A stretch of DNA of 61,340 nt, filler included, from Dirinaria sp. TL-2023a (Eukaryota): NCBI GenBank assembly GCA_051941275.1. It is 4 parts of 4 records of this genome, joined end to end, with 100 filler letters (N's around TTAATTAATTAA, not from the genome) between each part and the next. Parts side by side here need not be neighbours in the genome. Positions count along the whole stretch, not along the records: positions 15,404 to 30,692 come from JAVEBF010000556.1; positions 30,793 to 46,044 come from JAVEBF010000557.1; 2 more parts are not named here. One strand, given 5' to 3'. The position numbers and the translations under genes are program-made. The notes below the pieces were generated by a model, which did no database searches, had not been told where the DNA came from, and saw only the letters and a program-made list of their open reading frames with translations. Positions 20,483-31,460 of the stretch are shown in pieces. Numbering within the stretch: the stretch's first letter is position 1; each line of letters begins with the position of its first letter.

Positions 20483-23116
20483 TCAAGGGGCAATAGTCAT
20501 TGCGCTCCATCTCACTACCATAATACCGAGATCCTCATTCAGATCCTCAGACTCGGATTTTATTGGACTCGGAATGTTCCAGCTCACCGGCACGTCTTTG
20601 CGCTGAGACAATTCCCTGCCTGCATTGAGGTACCCTAAGGCGTCAGCTGGGAGCCTAATCCCTAACCTCTGCGAAAAAGTTTTGGCTCCACTGAACATTG
20701 TGACAACCAGAGGAGTATGGTCGATATACTTGTACATGAATGCGCAGGCGTGAACGAACAGGTCTTGACTTTCACGATGGATACTGAACAAAGGCATCAA
20801 CTTGAATAGGAGGAAGTAACAGAAGTACACTGTCATAATAACGTTGCTCTCAACCTCGAATGGGCGCATTTGATCCAAAATACGCACTTGTCGTAGAAGA
20901 CTCCGGCAATGTTCAAGGCAAATCTCTGCGGGAGTCTGACTGTCTTCGGACAATTTGGTCACAGGCCGAAGTCCTAGCAGATCGCCATAAACAATTATGA
21001 CCCCTAGGTGGAGCATGCCCCTATGTAAAGCATGGTCAGAGACTAAAGCCTGAGGGAGTTCCAGTGAGACTAATAGTTGATCAGAGTGACGTACTGTAGG
21101 ATAATATTGAGACGTTGAAGATTTAACTCGACAATGATCCAGGTATGAAGAGTATCTCCCAGTTGGGATAGGTCGTCAAATAGTTGCTTTCTTGTCTCAG
21201 CATCCGCTTCATCTCCCGGTCGACTAGCAACCTCGGAGCGGTGGGTCAAAATGCGAGCATATACCTCGGCAATGTCGGATTGCATATTCAAAAGGTCTTC
21301 CGAGGTGGCAGCATAAGCAACAGGTTCCATATATCTTCTATTCCGCTCTGCAAAGTGCCGAGGAACTTGGGGCGTAGAAATAAGCGGAGTTTCCTGATAT
21401 AGAGAAGCGATTATACTGTGAAGGATAAGTACATCAACTCGGAAACGCAATGAGAAGATTATTGACTTGCCAATCGAGCCAAAGTAAACCCCACGCGGTT
21501 TGTGAAACCGGGACTCTGAGTTTGTCATCTTCAAGCTGCTTGATTTTCGTGCGAGCTGAATTCTTATCGAGTCCAAGTCGGCGGTACATTTCGGCTCCCG
21601 CAATGCGAAATATTGCACCTGCGCGCTCCATTCCTTCGACCGATGAGTATCCATAGAGAACGTACAAAGCCTCATAGTAGTCAAAGAGTTCTTTCCGAAT
21701 TCACGTTCTAGAAGCTTACGAGCTTCATCCCAAAACCGCTCTTGAAGTTTTCCCCTACAGGCTTTGTTTACAGCCCAAACGTGTTGAGAATTGATCTACA
21801 AAGGTGAGACGTTAGAGTGTTGATATTGTGCAAAGTTTTTCGAGCAAGTGAGAGCCTACCGCAGCGTAAGCGGATATAGCGTTTACGAGGACTGGAGAAC
21901 AAGTTGATGCGCTACCTATTTGGCCCGTCGCCATGTCCGCTACAAAGGCTTGCCGGTTTATGAACGGCATGATAATCGGTTGATAATGGTGGAAAAAGAC
22001 GGAGATAAGTTGAGAAACAATGCCATTGCCGGCTACAGTTGTCCACGGTCGCGCTAGCACTTTTATGTCGCTCTCGTCAAGGGCTACTACATCGAGCAGT
22101 CTGAGTCGCTCGTCATTATCCTTGCCACCTGAAGTTGCCAGTATTTGCTGAATTTGCGGATCGCCATGTTGAACAAAGCTCAGTACTGAGGAGGGATCAC
22201 TACCGGATCGGATGCGTTAGAGAACACCAAATAACTGGGCTTCTGGCATGACTTGGATGTAGTGGTAGAGTTGCTCCAATGTCTCTACGGCATTGCGCAA
22301 CGAGCGCAATCTCCTCAACCCAGTCGATCCGTCGCTCGCACCACGGAAGCTATCTTCGGGGTTACGATTGCTGGGCACTAGGTTTCTCTCATCGTCTCGA
22401 ACGTACGAAGATTTTAATTGATTTACCGAGTCGTCCGTATGATGGAAGTCTTTTTCAATTCCTCGATCGTGAAGCATTAGATTTCTCGCATTTGGTCCGG
22501 TAACTGTGAAGTCTGATCTGTCCGGGGCAAGATAATCTGGAGGGTCTGTGTTGGTTTGAACATTGTCCTTGTTGCTTGTATCGCTCAATGAACCTCTGGA
22601 AGCTTGCAACAAGACGTCGCCCTCTTTGACGTGCTGCAGTACGGAAGACGGATCCTGTTTCGATCTTAAGCGGCGTAAGATTGCTATCGCCTCAGGCTCG
22701 GATCGGCATTGTAAAGCGTGGAGGAGCTCTTGAAAATCAGTGTTGTCCTTCTCAAGGTCCTTATGCTTTCGTTTCAAAGCCGACATCCGCGTCTCATTCT
22801 CAGCTACATCATAGATACACCTTTGGGATGTCTTAGTGCATGACTGACAAGATGGCCTATGACCGGAACACTAGTACTACATTGTCAGATTGCTCTGATC
22901 CTAACTTTGCCATCTAGCACGAGTTCGAGGTCTTACCTTTATCTTGGACTTTCGGCATCTTTCGCAGGCTGTCAGTGTCAACCCTTTTCTGATCCCGCTG
23001 CGCAAGTTCTTCTCCGGCTCACGCTGGGGGGAGTCTTCATGTTGTTCTGACGCTGGCAGCAATGGAACGTGGGATCCTTTCGATGGTTGACTTGACTTGC
23101 TGTGGGGCGATGTCAT
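20483..23116 (-). pseudogene. Zn(II)2Cys6 transcription factor pseudogene (in-frame TAA at 22217-22219; 1-nt deletion at ~21672)
   Basis: ACERCRKSKIK + intron 22871-22936 + CSGHRPSCQSCTKTSQRC gives a complete six-Cys cluster. Middle-homology region: PWTTVAGNGIVSQLISVFF, CSPVLVNAI, ERFWDEARKLL, SLTTM/ALYVLY. The reading continues in frame past the TAA. Confidence 0.85.
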
Positions 23117-23761
23117 AGGTGGCCGTGCGATAATAAGAGGTAAAAGCTATCGAATAATCAAGAGGTACCTGATCCAGGATACGAAGAAGGACATGGATCG
23201 AGGGCTGTGGGGAGGGACCGGTCTAGACCCGACTTAGTAGTATCTCCGCCAAGACACTAAGCCTAACAAGACATGAAGTAGTGATGCTTTATTTGGATAC
23301 TTTAGGCTATAAGTACTGCAGGGAGGTGGACCCTTGGACCCTGGAGTGCTGGGCCCCTGAACCCCTGAGCATCTGAACACTAGTGGTGTAGGTGAGTTTT
23401 TGGACCCTGAACACGTGACAGACGAGGGAATGACCATTTCATGAATATTTTCTCGTATCATCGGATTTTTGTCAGTAGCATTGTAGTGTTGAGTGTGTAG
23501 ATTTCTATGTCGAGATCGTTAAAATCATCAATACCATCTCGTAAGCGTACGTTCAAGATCAAGAATATCAGCTGCTGCGCATATGACGTACATCGACATA
23601 TGACACACTGCCATCTCGAATGCCATCCTCGATGACAAGTGAAATTCTGAATCTCTGGGATTGGAAAAAACCCGAAGGTATTCAGTCAAGGGTCCACTTC
23701 TCACAGACCACGAACACAAGCCCACCCATGATTCGCCGGCGGTCCAACAAACCTTCCTCCG

Positions 23762-26605
23762 CTAATCTGTTAAGATGTAAATATTAGCACAAACCCCATT
23801 TAGAAGATACTCCCCCATCAACGCTGAGACGTGTTGCCCTTCCCCTCCTTTGTTCTCCCTTGTTCGGTTTCCTTTTCCGCCCTCACGTAAAGATAACATT
23901 AGAACAGGAGTAGAACTCACGCTATCTTGCACTCCTGCGTCGCACGGGCTAGTCATGTATCTTGACCAATTTGTATGGGCCCCCAGACTTATCTCCTCCG
24001 CATTCGTAAGTGTGCCACCCATCGCCTGCGGCTGGGTGCCCTCTGCTGCATCAGCTGCGGGTTCACCGTACAAATCTCTGAACGAATGGCAAAGAATTTT
24101 GTGTAGCTGATCGATACTGCCGTAGAAGGGAGAAGTAAAGGGTGTGCTCGAGAACAGGGTTTCATCACGAGAGTCTGATTTCGAGTTCGAGTTGGAGGGG
24201 AAAGGAGGCGCGGTTGTTGTGGATGACGAAGTGCCGAGTGCGTCGTAGTGGATGAAAGTCGATGTGGACGAAAAGGTCGATGTGAAGGATGTCGAGCTCG
24301 GAATGTCACCTCGCTCATGATATTCATGGCCCACCATTACTTTGTAGATTTCGCTCGCCTGCGCATGGAATTTTCTAGCTACATTGTCTGCGGAGGCGCA
24401 GAGCTCAAGGAGATCAAGACACTGTTTGGCGAGATCGATGTCGGGTGTGCAGTCGTCACGCGAGAATCCTGCAGCGACCGCCTTGATCACCCCAAGCGCA
24501 AGGTAATTGAATGCCATGTATGAAGAGAAGATGCAGAGCCAGCACTTCTTGAAAACGCCATCTCGGCTCATAAGGATCCCCATAAGTCGGGCGATGCTGC
24601 GAGAGGCGTCAAGACCATCTTTAATGGCTTTGCATGCCTCCTCGGAGTTAGATACCGCCTTTCTCATTTCTGGGCTTGGGGAGTGCACCGTTTCCAGCTG
24701 GGTCGACCTTACAATCCTAGCCTTTAATAAGATTGCTGATAGATAAAAGATATGCATAAAGAAGAGGACGCGACGCTGATCTTCAGTGAACACATTGTCT
24801 GCATTAACGTTTTCAAGGCGCATGAATGGCGGGAGATCGGCGTGCCACGACAAGAGTTGAGCGCGGAAAGAGCGAAGTAGGGGCAAGGAAAGAGCGCGGA
24901 AAGAGAGGGCTCGAAGCATTCCCGCTTTGAGGATAGTGACAAAAGTCATTCTCTCTTGGATGAGGCCTTCCACGTCAAGGGAGGCGGGAGGTTTCTGGTG
25001 GATCAACTATGATTATATTAGGAGCTGAGTCGAGACAGGATATGGTACGGGACGGGGTCCACGGGGAGAAAGCACGTCATTAGGCTTTGAAAGGGGAAGG
25101 AAGATAAACCTCCGGCGGTATATCAAAATTACTGCTCGGAACATAGCTCAGAGTGGCACTAAGCCAGCTGCAATGCAGGTTAGATACCCCATTGGAATCT
25201 TCCGGGCGAGAAGCTTACCTTCTCATCATTACTAAAGTTCTATAGGCTTTTCCATGGCCGGCTATACTTTGTTGATTGAAGGAAAGAGGTGGTCGGTCCA
25301 ACTCATCATGGTTCCTACCAAGATAAAGGCCAAGCTCTATACTGATGTCAGTAAAAGTATAGAGAGACGCATTTCGAGTTGTATGCAGTCCATCATTGAT
25401 TGATACTGGCAGAAAAAGATTGAAGAAGTTTTAGGAAAACAAAGGATATAGATAATGTAGCAAAGAGCAGGTATTTGAAGGGTTCTTTGACTTGCCGCAG
25501 TAGGCTAGGGCCACCGTGGAGTGGTCGACAATATTGAACATCGCCAAGAACGAACAAGTCCTCATTGCACCAAACGGATTGAACTTGATGGCCTCGTCTA
25601 GAAAATGTTTGCCCAGCTGATATAACGGCGTTGAATGTTCGGTCAAATCCTTGTCTGAGTCCATGGGCAGCACTGGTAGGGTATCATGATTGAATTGTAG
25701 CCCCACCGCTGCCATACCACACAGCTCACTCAACGCAGCTATTCGTGCAAGCTTCTCGTAATCATTAGCTTCTTGAAATATCCAACTAACGCCGTGCTCT
25801 AGCAGTGGTTCGAGGACGTCGTGCTGAAGCTGCTGGCTCTTTTCGCGGGAGATCACGGGAAACATAATACCCGTGCATGCGTGAAATCGATCAATTGCGA
25901 CCTTTATTGCAAAGAGGGTGCTGGGAAGACTCATTATTTGTATGATCCAATCTTCATTAGCCTTAGATATCTCTGATTGGCCCGTCTTGGTTGCCGTCGG
26001 ATTGTTGAGGGCAGGTGCAAGCGTCATGGAAGTCGCAGTAACGCTACTAGACAGCGCAGGCGGTAATTCTAAATCCACAGGGCCTTCTTGCTCGTTTTCA
26101 AATGTAAGGACAGCATCGGGTTCCGCGCCAGCCCTGATGCGGTTGAGTAATTCGGTCGCTTCGTTAGGAGGTGCGTTTTGAAGCCTCCAATATATTTCTA
26201 ACATCGCACTAACTCTGCCTTCCAGTCGTTCATTCCGGTGTTTCAAGGCGGCATTCCGGGTCATGCCAGGACCGCTAAACCACTCGCAGTACGTGTTGGT
26301 TACCCTGCACTTGCCGCATACTGGGCGTTGACCGTCGCACTGACGTTGTTTCAGCGGAGTCAGCTCCGAGCGCTCTTTATGAATATCAGAGAGAGACAAC
26401 ACCGTCGGCGAAATCTCTTCTTTCAGAATAGGCTCAAACGAACCTTTTGCTTTCTACTTCTGCACGACTCGCAGGCAACTTGGGTGACAGCAGTTCTTTT
26501 CGAAGCTGATCCATGATCTGATTTTGAGCTTGAGGTCCCTGCTGCCGATAAGCCGTGATTACCGGGTGCCGAGTCACTTGGTGGTGGCATGTGTTTCGGC
26601 GGCAT
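23762..26605 (-). CDS. Zn(II)2Cys6 fungal transcription factor (multi-exon)
   Basis: VACESCRSRKQK + intron 26340-26443 + CDGQRPVCGKCRVTNTYC. GC-AG intron 25337-25495. Small exons ELGLYLGR...AYRTLVMMR and WLSATLSYVP. C-terminal LLSWHADLPPFMRL, HIFYLSAILL, FKKCWLCIFSSY. Confidence 0.85.
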
Positions 26606-27631
26606 AGTTATTCTATGTGAAGAGCTCAATCTGATCCAAATTCACTTGAGAGCAAAAGCAAGTATCGACACCTGCCTCGAAAAGTGCCTGAGAGTGCCTA
26701 ACTTGACGTCATGTTTTCGGAGCCATCTCCGACGTTTCTCGCCTCGGCGGCAAAACCTCGGGGGTCAGTCTCATTGGGCTGCTAGTGGGAATTCGTCTTA
26801 TTGAATTGTATCGGTTGATCAACATGAATATCCACTGATCGCTGTGTGCGCATATAGATACGTTTGACCTATATGCAGTCAGCTGACTTAGATACGATGC
26901 GATCTTGTTAAACTACAGTGTTGAGAGACGACACTTAGGTCCCACGGATTTTCCTAACGTATTTTGTTAAGATTATGAGGGTGCGATCCAGGATAAGGTG
27001 CAAGTAGCAAGGTAGGGTGCATAGTATGTATTGTGTAGAGACTATGGAGCAGGTAAGGAGCAGGAAAATACTATGTACACGGTGTGCGGGTGCCAAGGCG
27101 CTAGTGGAGACACTAGGCCCCTTTGGTCAAACCATATAGGTAGGTGGTTATTGCTGTTTCCAACATAAAGAGTAGACACTGTGACTGCTTGGGTATGAGA
27201 GGTAATCATTTAGTATGGTAGTCTTATGATACTGAGTAAGAATTGATGAATGGATGTAGAAGAAAGAGAAGCGAAGAAATGACATTTTGGATATATTGAT
27301 TGACATTCTCCTCTGTTCCTTTCCCAGAAACATACATATTCTTAGCAGAGCAGCAAAGAGCGTCTAAGAAGTAAGACTCCTTTGCCGTAGCATATCGTCC
27401 TCCGTCCCAATTAGAACCCTTCGCTGCTTTTGTTCCATCGTCCCTGATTGACTAATGCACATCAATCATGCCTCATGAATCTGGTGAAATCGTGCTTCTG
27501 TCGAGGTACTAATAACGATGACTTCGAATCATTAAATCTGAGTGTGGCCATGTTCAAAATTCGTGATGTTGCCGAGCAGCGAAGTAGTAAGGTTCGAGCA
27601 TCCAATGAGTGCCTCGAAAAAGCCGCACAAT

Positions 27632-28621
27632 TCACACAGCTTTTGGAAGCTCTAGTTCAACCAGCCACGGCAGCTGCAGAGGATGTTCTTCAGTGCCCTC
27701 GACAGCGGCATTGACAAAGAACGTTTGGGCGCCATATTCTAGAGAATATGCATCTCCTGTGCAGTGACTCGTGGCATAACACCGTTGGGCACGATAATCC
27801 TTTGTTTTCACAACCTTCTGCTCCTTGGATTCCGGTGTGTCGAACTTGGAGGGTCTAAAGCCCGATAACTTTTCTACGACGACGGATCGCTCGTTGTCGA
27901 TATCCGTAAAGTGGGACGGTGTTTCGGTGAGCGTATCGCGCCAAGTGACCAGTTTCGCTCCCCAACCTTCGTGGATGTGCCCGAAGCAGTGCAGCCGTGG
28001 TCGAAGTCGAGCGACAGCGCCGAAAAGATCCGAACATCCAGCCCTCTGCTTGGACTCGGTGTAATCCATGATACCCTTGGGCGGACCGTGGGTCATCACG
28101 AGGTCAGCACCTTTCATGATTTCAAAATTGTGTCCTTGTGCCCGTGGATACTGGAAAGCCCAATCGCCCAATGATGGTGTCCACGGACTAGCGTAGACGG
28201 TCAGTATCGCACCATTCTGCAGAGTAAATTGGTGATTTCCTTCGTCGAGGAAGATAATACCTGCGGCTTTTGCATCCTCGAAAATCTGCCTCGCTTCTCC
28301 GTAATCACCGTATACTTTCCGCACAAGGTCAGGATCTAGGGGTGGTCTTGCATCAGCGACCTTTTTCCGGAAAATGGGTGTATCCATGGTGAAATCGTGA
28401 TTTCCCGCGATGACTAATTTGAGAGGCGCATGGATGTCCTTGAGTAGTCGCATACTGGCGCTGTACTCGTCTAACTTGGATTCTTCGGTAAGGTCACCAC
28501 AATGCACGGCCACATCAGCGCGCTGAAGAGGTTTATCCTCTGACCCAAATTCCATTCCATGAGTGTCGGAGAGGATGAGGAATCGAGTCTTGACAGAGGC
28601 TGAGTACTTAGTAAGTTCCAT
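27632..28621 (-). CDS. Calcineurin-like metallophosphoesterase (MPPED1/2-like)
   Basis: Metal-binding motifs SDTH, HCGDLT, IAGNHD, THGPP and FGHIHE; ATG at 28621. Confidence 0.93.
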   Translation of the reverse strand: MELTKYSASVKTRFLILSDTHGMEFGSEDKPLQRADVAVHCGDLTEESKLDEYSASMRLLKDIHAPLKLVIAGNHDFTMDTPIFRKKVADARPPLDPDLVRKVYGDYGEARQIFEDAKAAGIIFLDEGNHQFTLQNGAILTVYASPWTPSLGDWAFQYPRAQGHNFEIMKGADLVMTHGPPKGIMDYTESKQRAGCSDLFGAVARLRPRLHCFGHIHEGWGAKLVTWRDTLTETPSHFTDIDNERSVVVEKLSGFRPSKFDTPESKEQKVVKTKDYRAQRCYATSHCTGDAYSLEYGAQTFFVNAAVEGTEEHPLQLPWLVELELPKAV

Positions 28622-28989
28622 GATACCGAGCAGTCTAGTATTGATAGTGGAGCAGTGGAGAGCAGTCAACCACGTTGTATTAGGGCTGTTGGAATAGATG
28701 AGAGAGAAATGTGCTCTAGTATAGCTAAAGGGAGAGATAGAAGGATATGATGGATGAGGTATGCTTAGTAATGTACATGGTACAACTAGCGCTATGTAAG
28801 TGGACAATGGCTGCCTTAAATACAGTAAATAGTGTAATTGCCGCCGGTACCCGAAATCCGAAAGGTTGAGGCCGTACTATTCCGAATCTAGGTATCTCTC
28901 GGGTCTATGATTGTTCTCGAAATCTCTCAAGCATGCAGCTGTTGTCCAGCTTCCATAAGAATAAAAGATGTTGCCTTCCACGGACCACG

Positions 28990-30692
28990 CTAAGTCGGCG
29001 AGCCCCCATTGGCCCCACTCAGCTTAAAATACCCCGGTTGCAATTTTTGGAAAACCTGGTCGGGATCATATTTCTTACTGATCTGGATCAACCGCTGCTG
29101 ATTCGCGGGGCCGTACGAAGCGAAAACACTCTGGTTCAGTGATGCATAGTTTTGATAGATGTAATTGTAATCGAGGTTCATGGCTTTGGCGGCGGATTTC
29201 GAGGCGGAAATTACCCGGTTGGCGGCTGCAACGATGCGCGCGTCGTCGGATTTTGAGGTCCACATTATTGCGATGTTCATCACTGGTTTTCGTTTTCCGT
29301 CAGCGATCTGGGTTGGGTTGGGTTTTGCTGTGAAATGAAAAAGGGACAGAGTAATGGAGGGCTTGGCACGGAGCTTAAGCGAGCGCGGCTTACAGATCAA
29401 AGGCCCGTCCGATTCAGCGATTCCCAATGCATTGCCCCCTTTCTTTGAAAAATGCGAGATCATATCCTTCGTAATAGGCTGCATGACCAACGCCGGTAGG
29501 ATCCCCGCGGCATCCTTGATCCCCTCAACCTCCTTGACGAAAAACTCAAGGATCTTGACTTGCAAGTCCGCATTATTTTTGAACGTCGCGGTCGTGTACG
29601 TCTCACGGAAACCGCCTGGGTTTGACGCGTTCAACTCTCGCGCCAGGTCCGACATGCTTGCTATACGCATAGTGGAGGTGATGTTCGGAATGGATGTAAA
29701 TTCGTGGAAGATTGGGGGGTTGATGACAGGCTTTGCGTATTCGTAATCATTGCTGAAGATGTATTGACCTTGGGCATATGCCACTGCGGTGATTAAGGCC
29801 GCGTCGGGGTCTTTGGGGGCATTATTAGCGAAATTATAGAATGCTTTATAGATTGAGACGTTAGCTGTTATGGGGTGTATCGTCATTCCTCCCCACAGGT
29901 TGCCCTGGGGAAACGTTTCCAGCTTGAGAACTTCATGTCAGCATATATATTTTTCAGCCAATAGGTGGTATGATATTAGAAGGGTTTGAAGATTCCCATG
30001 TTGCCCGGAATTGAATCAATTAACATAAGCCGCTAGCCCGATAAGGCATCTATCTTATTTCCACCTTAGGCGACAAGTTTTACCTCCGGAAACGAAACAA
30101 GGGAAACGCGTTACTCACGTCAAATCGTGTCACAATACCGAAGTTGTTGCCACCACCACGCAGGGCGAAATAGAGATCTGGGTTTGCCGTTTGATTCACA
30201 TTATAAATTCGGCCGTTGGCGAGTACCACCTGAGGACGGAGTCAGCGACAAAATGTATGAAGACGATTGCAACTTGACGAACCTCATAATTCCTAACACC
30301 GTCGCATGCCCAGCCGTAACGTCCGGAAAAGAAGGATATGCCACCTGGAATCTGTCAGTAGTCTTCTCCCTGCCTGATGCCTGTATAGGGTGCTCATTGT
30401 AGAGGTCTGTCAAGCAAACCAGCACCAATGCTTAGGCCCTGACGAGGGACGCGTAACAGTGATAGGCAACAGTGATAGGCTGATGGTCTAATGAAGACCT
30501 ATGGTTTAAACGTTGAATTGTATCCCTTCCAGAATACGAGGACCCGAAACGGAAACCGCAAGCAAGGAAAAGAACCGAAAATCAATCCAACAGAGGGCTG
30601 GGAAGGACCGGCCACCTGTTCTTTCCTAGATATCGGGATGGAACACGATAAGATGATTTTTCACTCACCTCCCAGTGTTAAACCACCGACGC
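28990..30692 (-). CDS. FAD-linked oxidoreductase (FAD_binding_4 / berberine-bridge-enzyme-like), 5'-truncated at contig end, multi-exon
   Basis: Spliced [56 protein letters not shown], and C-terminal YQNYA...SYG...[19 protein letters not shown]. Confidence 0.92.
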
Positions 30693-30792
30693 NNNNNNNN
30701 NNNNNNNNNNNNNNNNNNNNNNNNNNNNNNNNNNNNTTAATTAATTAANNNNNNNNNNNNNNNNNNNNNNNNNNNNNNNNNNNNNNNNNNNN
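30693..30792. other. Artificial contig-joining spacer
   Basis: N44-TTAATTAATTAA-N44. Confidence 0.98.
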
Positions 30793-31460
30793 CCGGTGGA
30801 TGATGGATCGATGGATGACCGATGGATAGTAAGCTGGAAAGAAAGGAAAAGAAAAGAAAAGAAAAAAAAAAAAAAGATAGAAGGTCCTACTCAATGAAAC
30901 GGTGTATAGAGTTAAGCAAAGGTAAAATAAGTATGTAATACTTACATACATCGAACCTAACCTTCACAATTTTATTTTCTCCGTAAAATTTTCAAATGTT
31001 TGTACGAGTTAAAAAAAAAAAAGAAAAGAGAAAAGGGACCGCTGCGGTGTTCTTGAATTGAAAATCCAGTGTACCTCTAAAAACGGAGATACACAACAGT
31101 CTCTTTGAAAAAGAAAAAAAAAATTGTTTGGCTAGAAAGGGGGGGGGGCCATGATGGCATATGAGCGAGCATCCCCTCACAGCCTTCCCTGAAATTCCAC
31201 TGATTTGCGCTGCCCACGGCATAAAGTAACCTTACCTTACTTTACTACTCTACCCGTGATCGCTGAATGGTACCTTATACGACGCCTCCCCCCTTCACCA
31301 TACATACATACATAAGGGGTATAAAAATTCACATCCCTTTTCTAAAAACGGAGCAAAGTCCCCCACGCCCCGCTCCACTCTACCCACCTACCCATCCCCC
31401 AAATATGCCAGCTTATTTATTACCCAATGACCAGAGAGAGAATCTTACGCATTGGCTCTG

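Noticed and set aside
22217..22219. Premature stop as an A-to-I editing-restored codon
   Set aside because: Fungal restorative editing mostly converts UAG to UGG. This is UAA where Gln/Arg is expected, and a downstream frameshift would still break the protein.
30793..31150. Poly-A and poly-G runs at the start of contig 3
   Set aside because: Low-complexity intergenic sequence near an assembly break, with no retroelement features.
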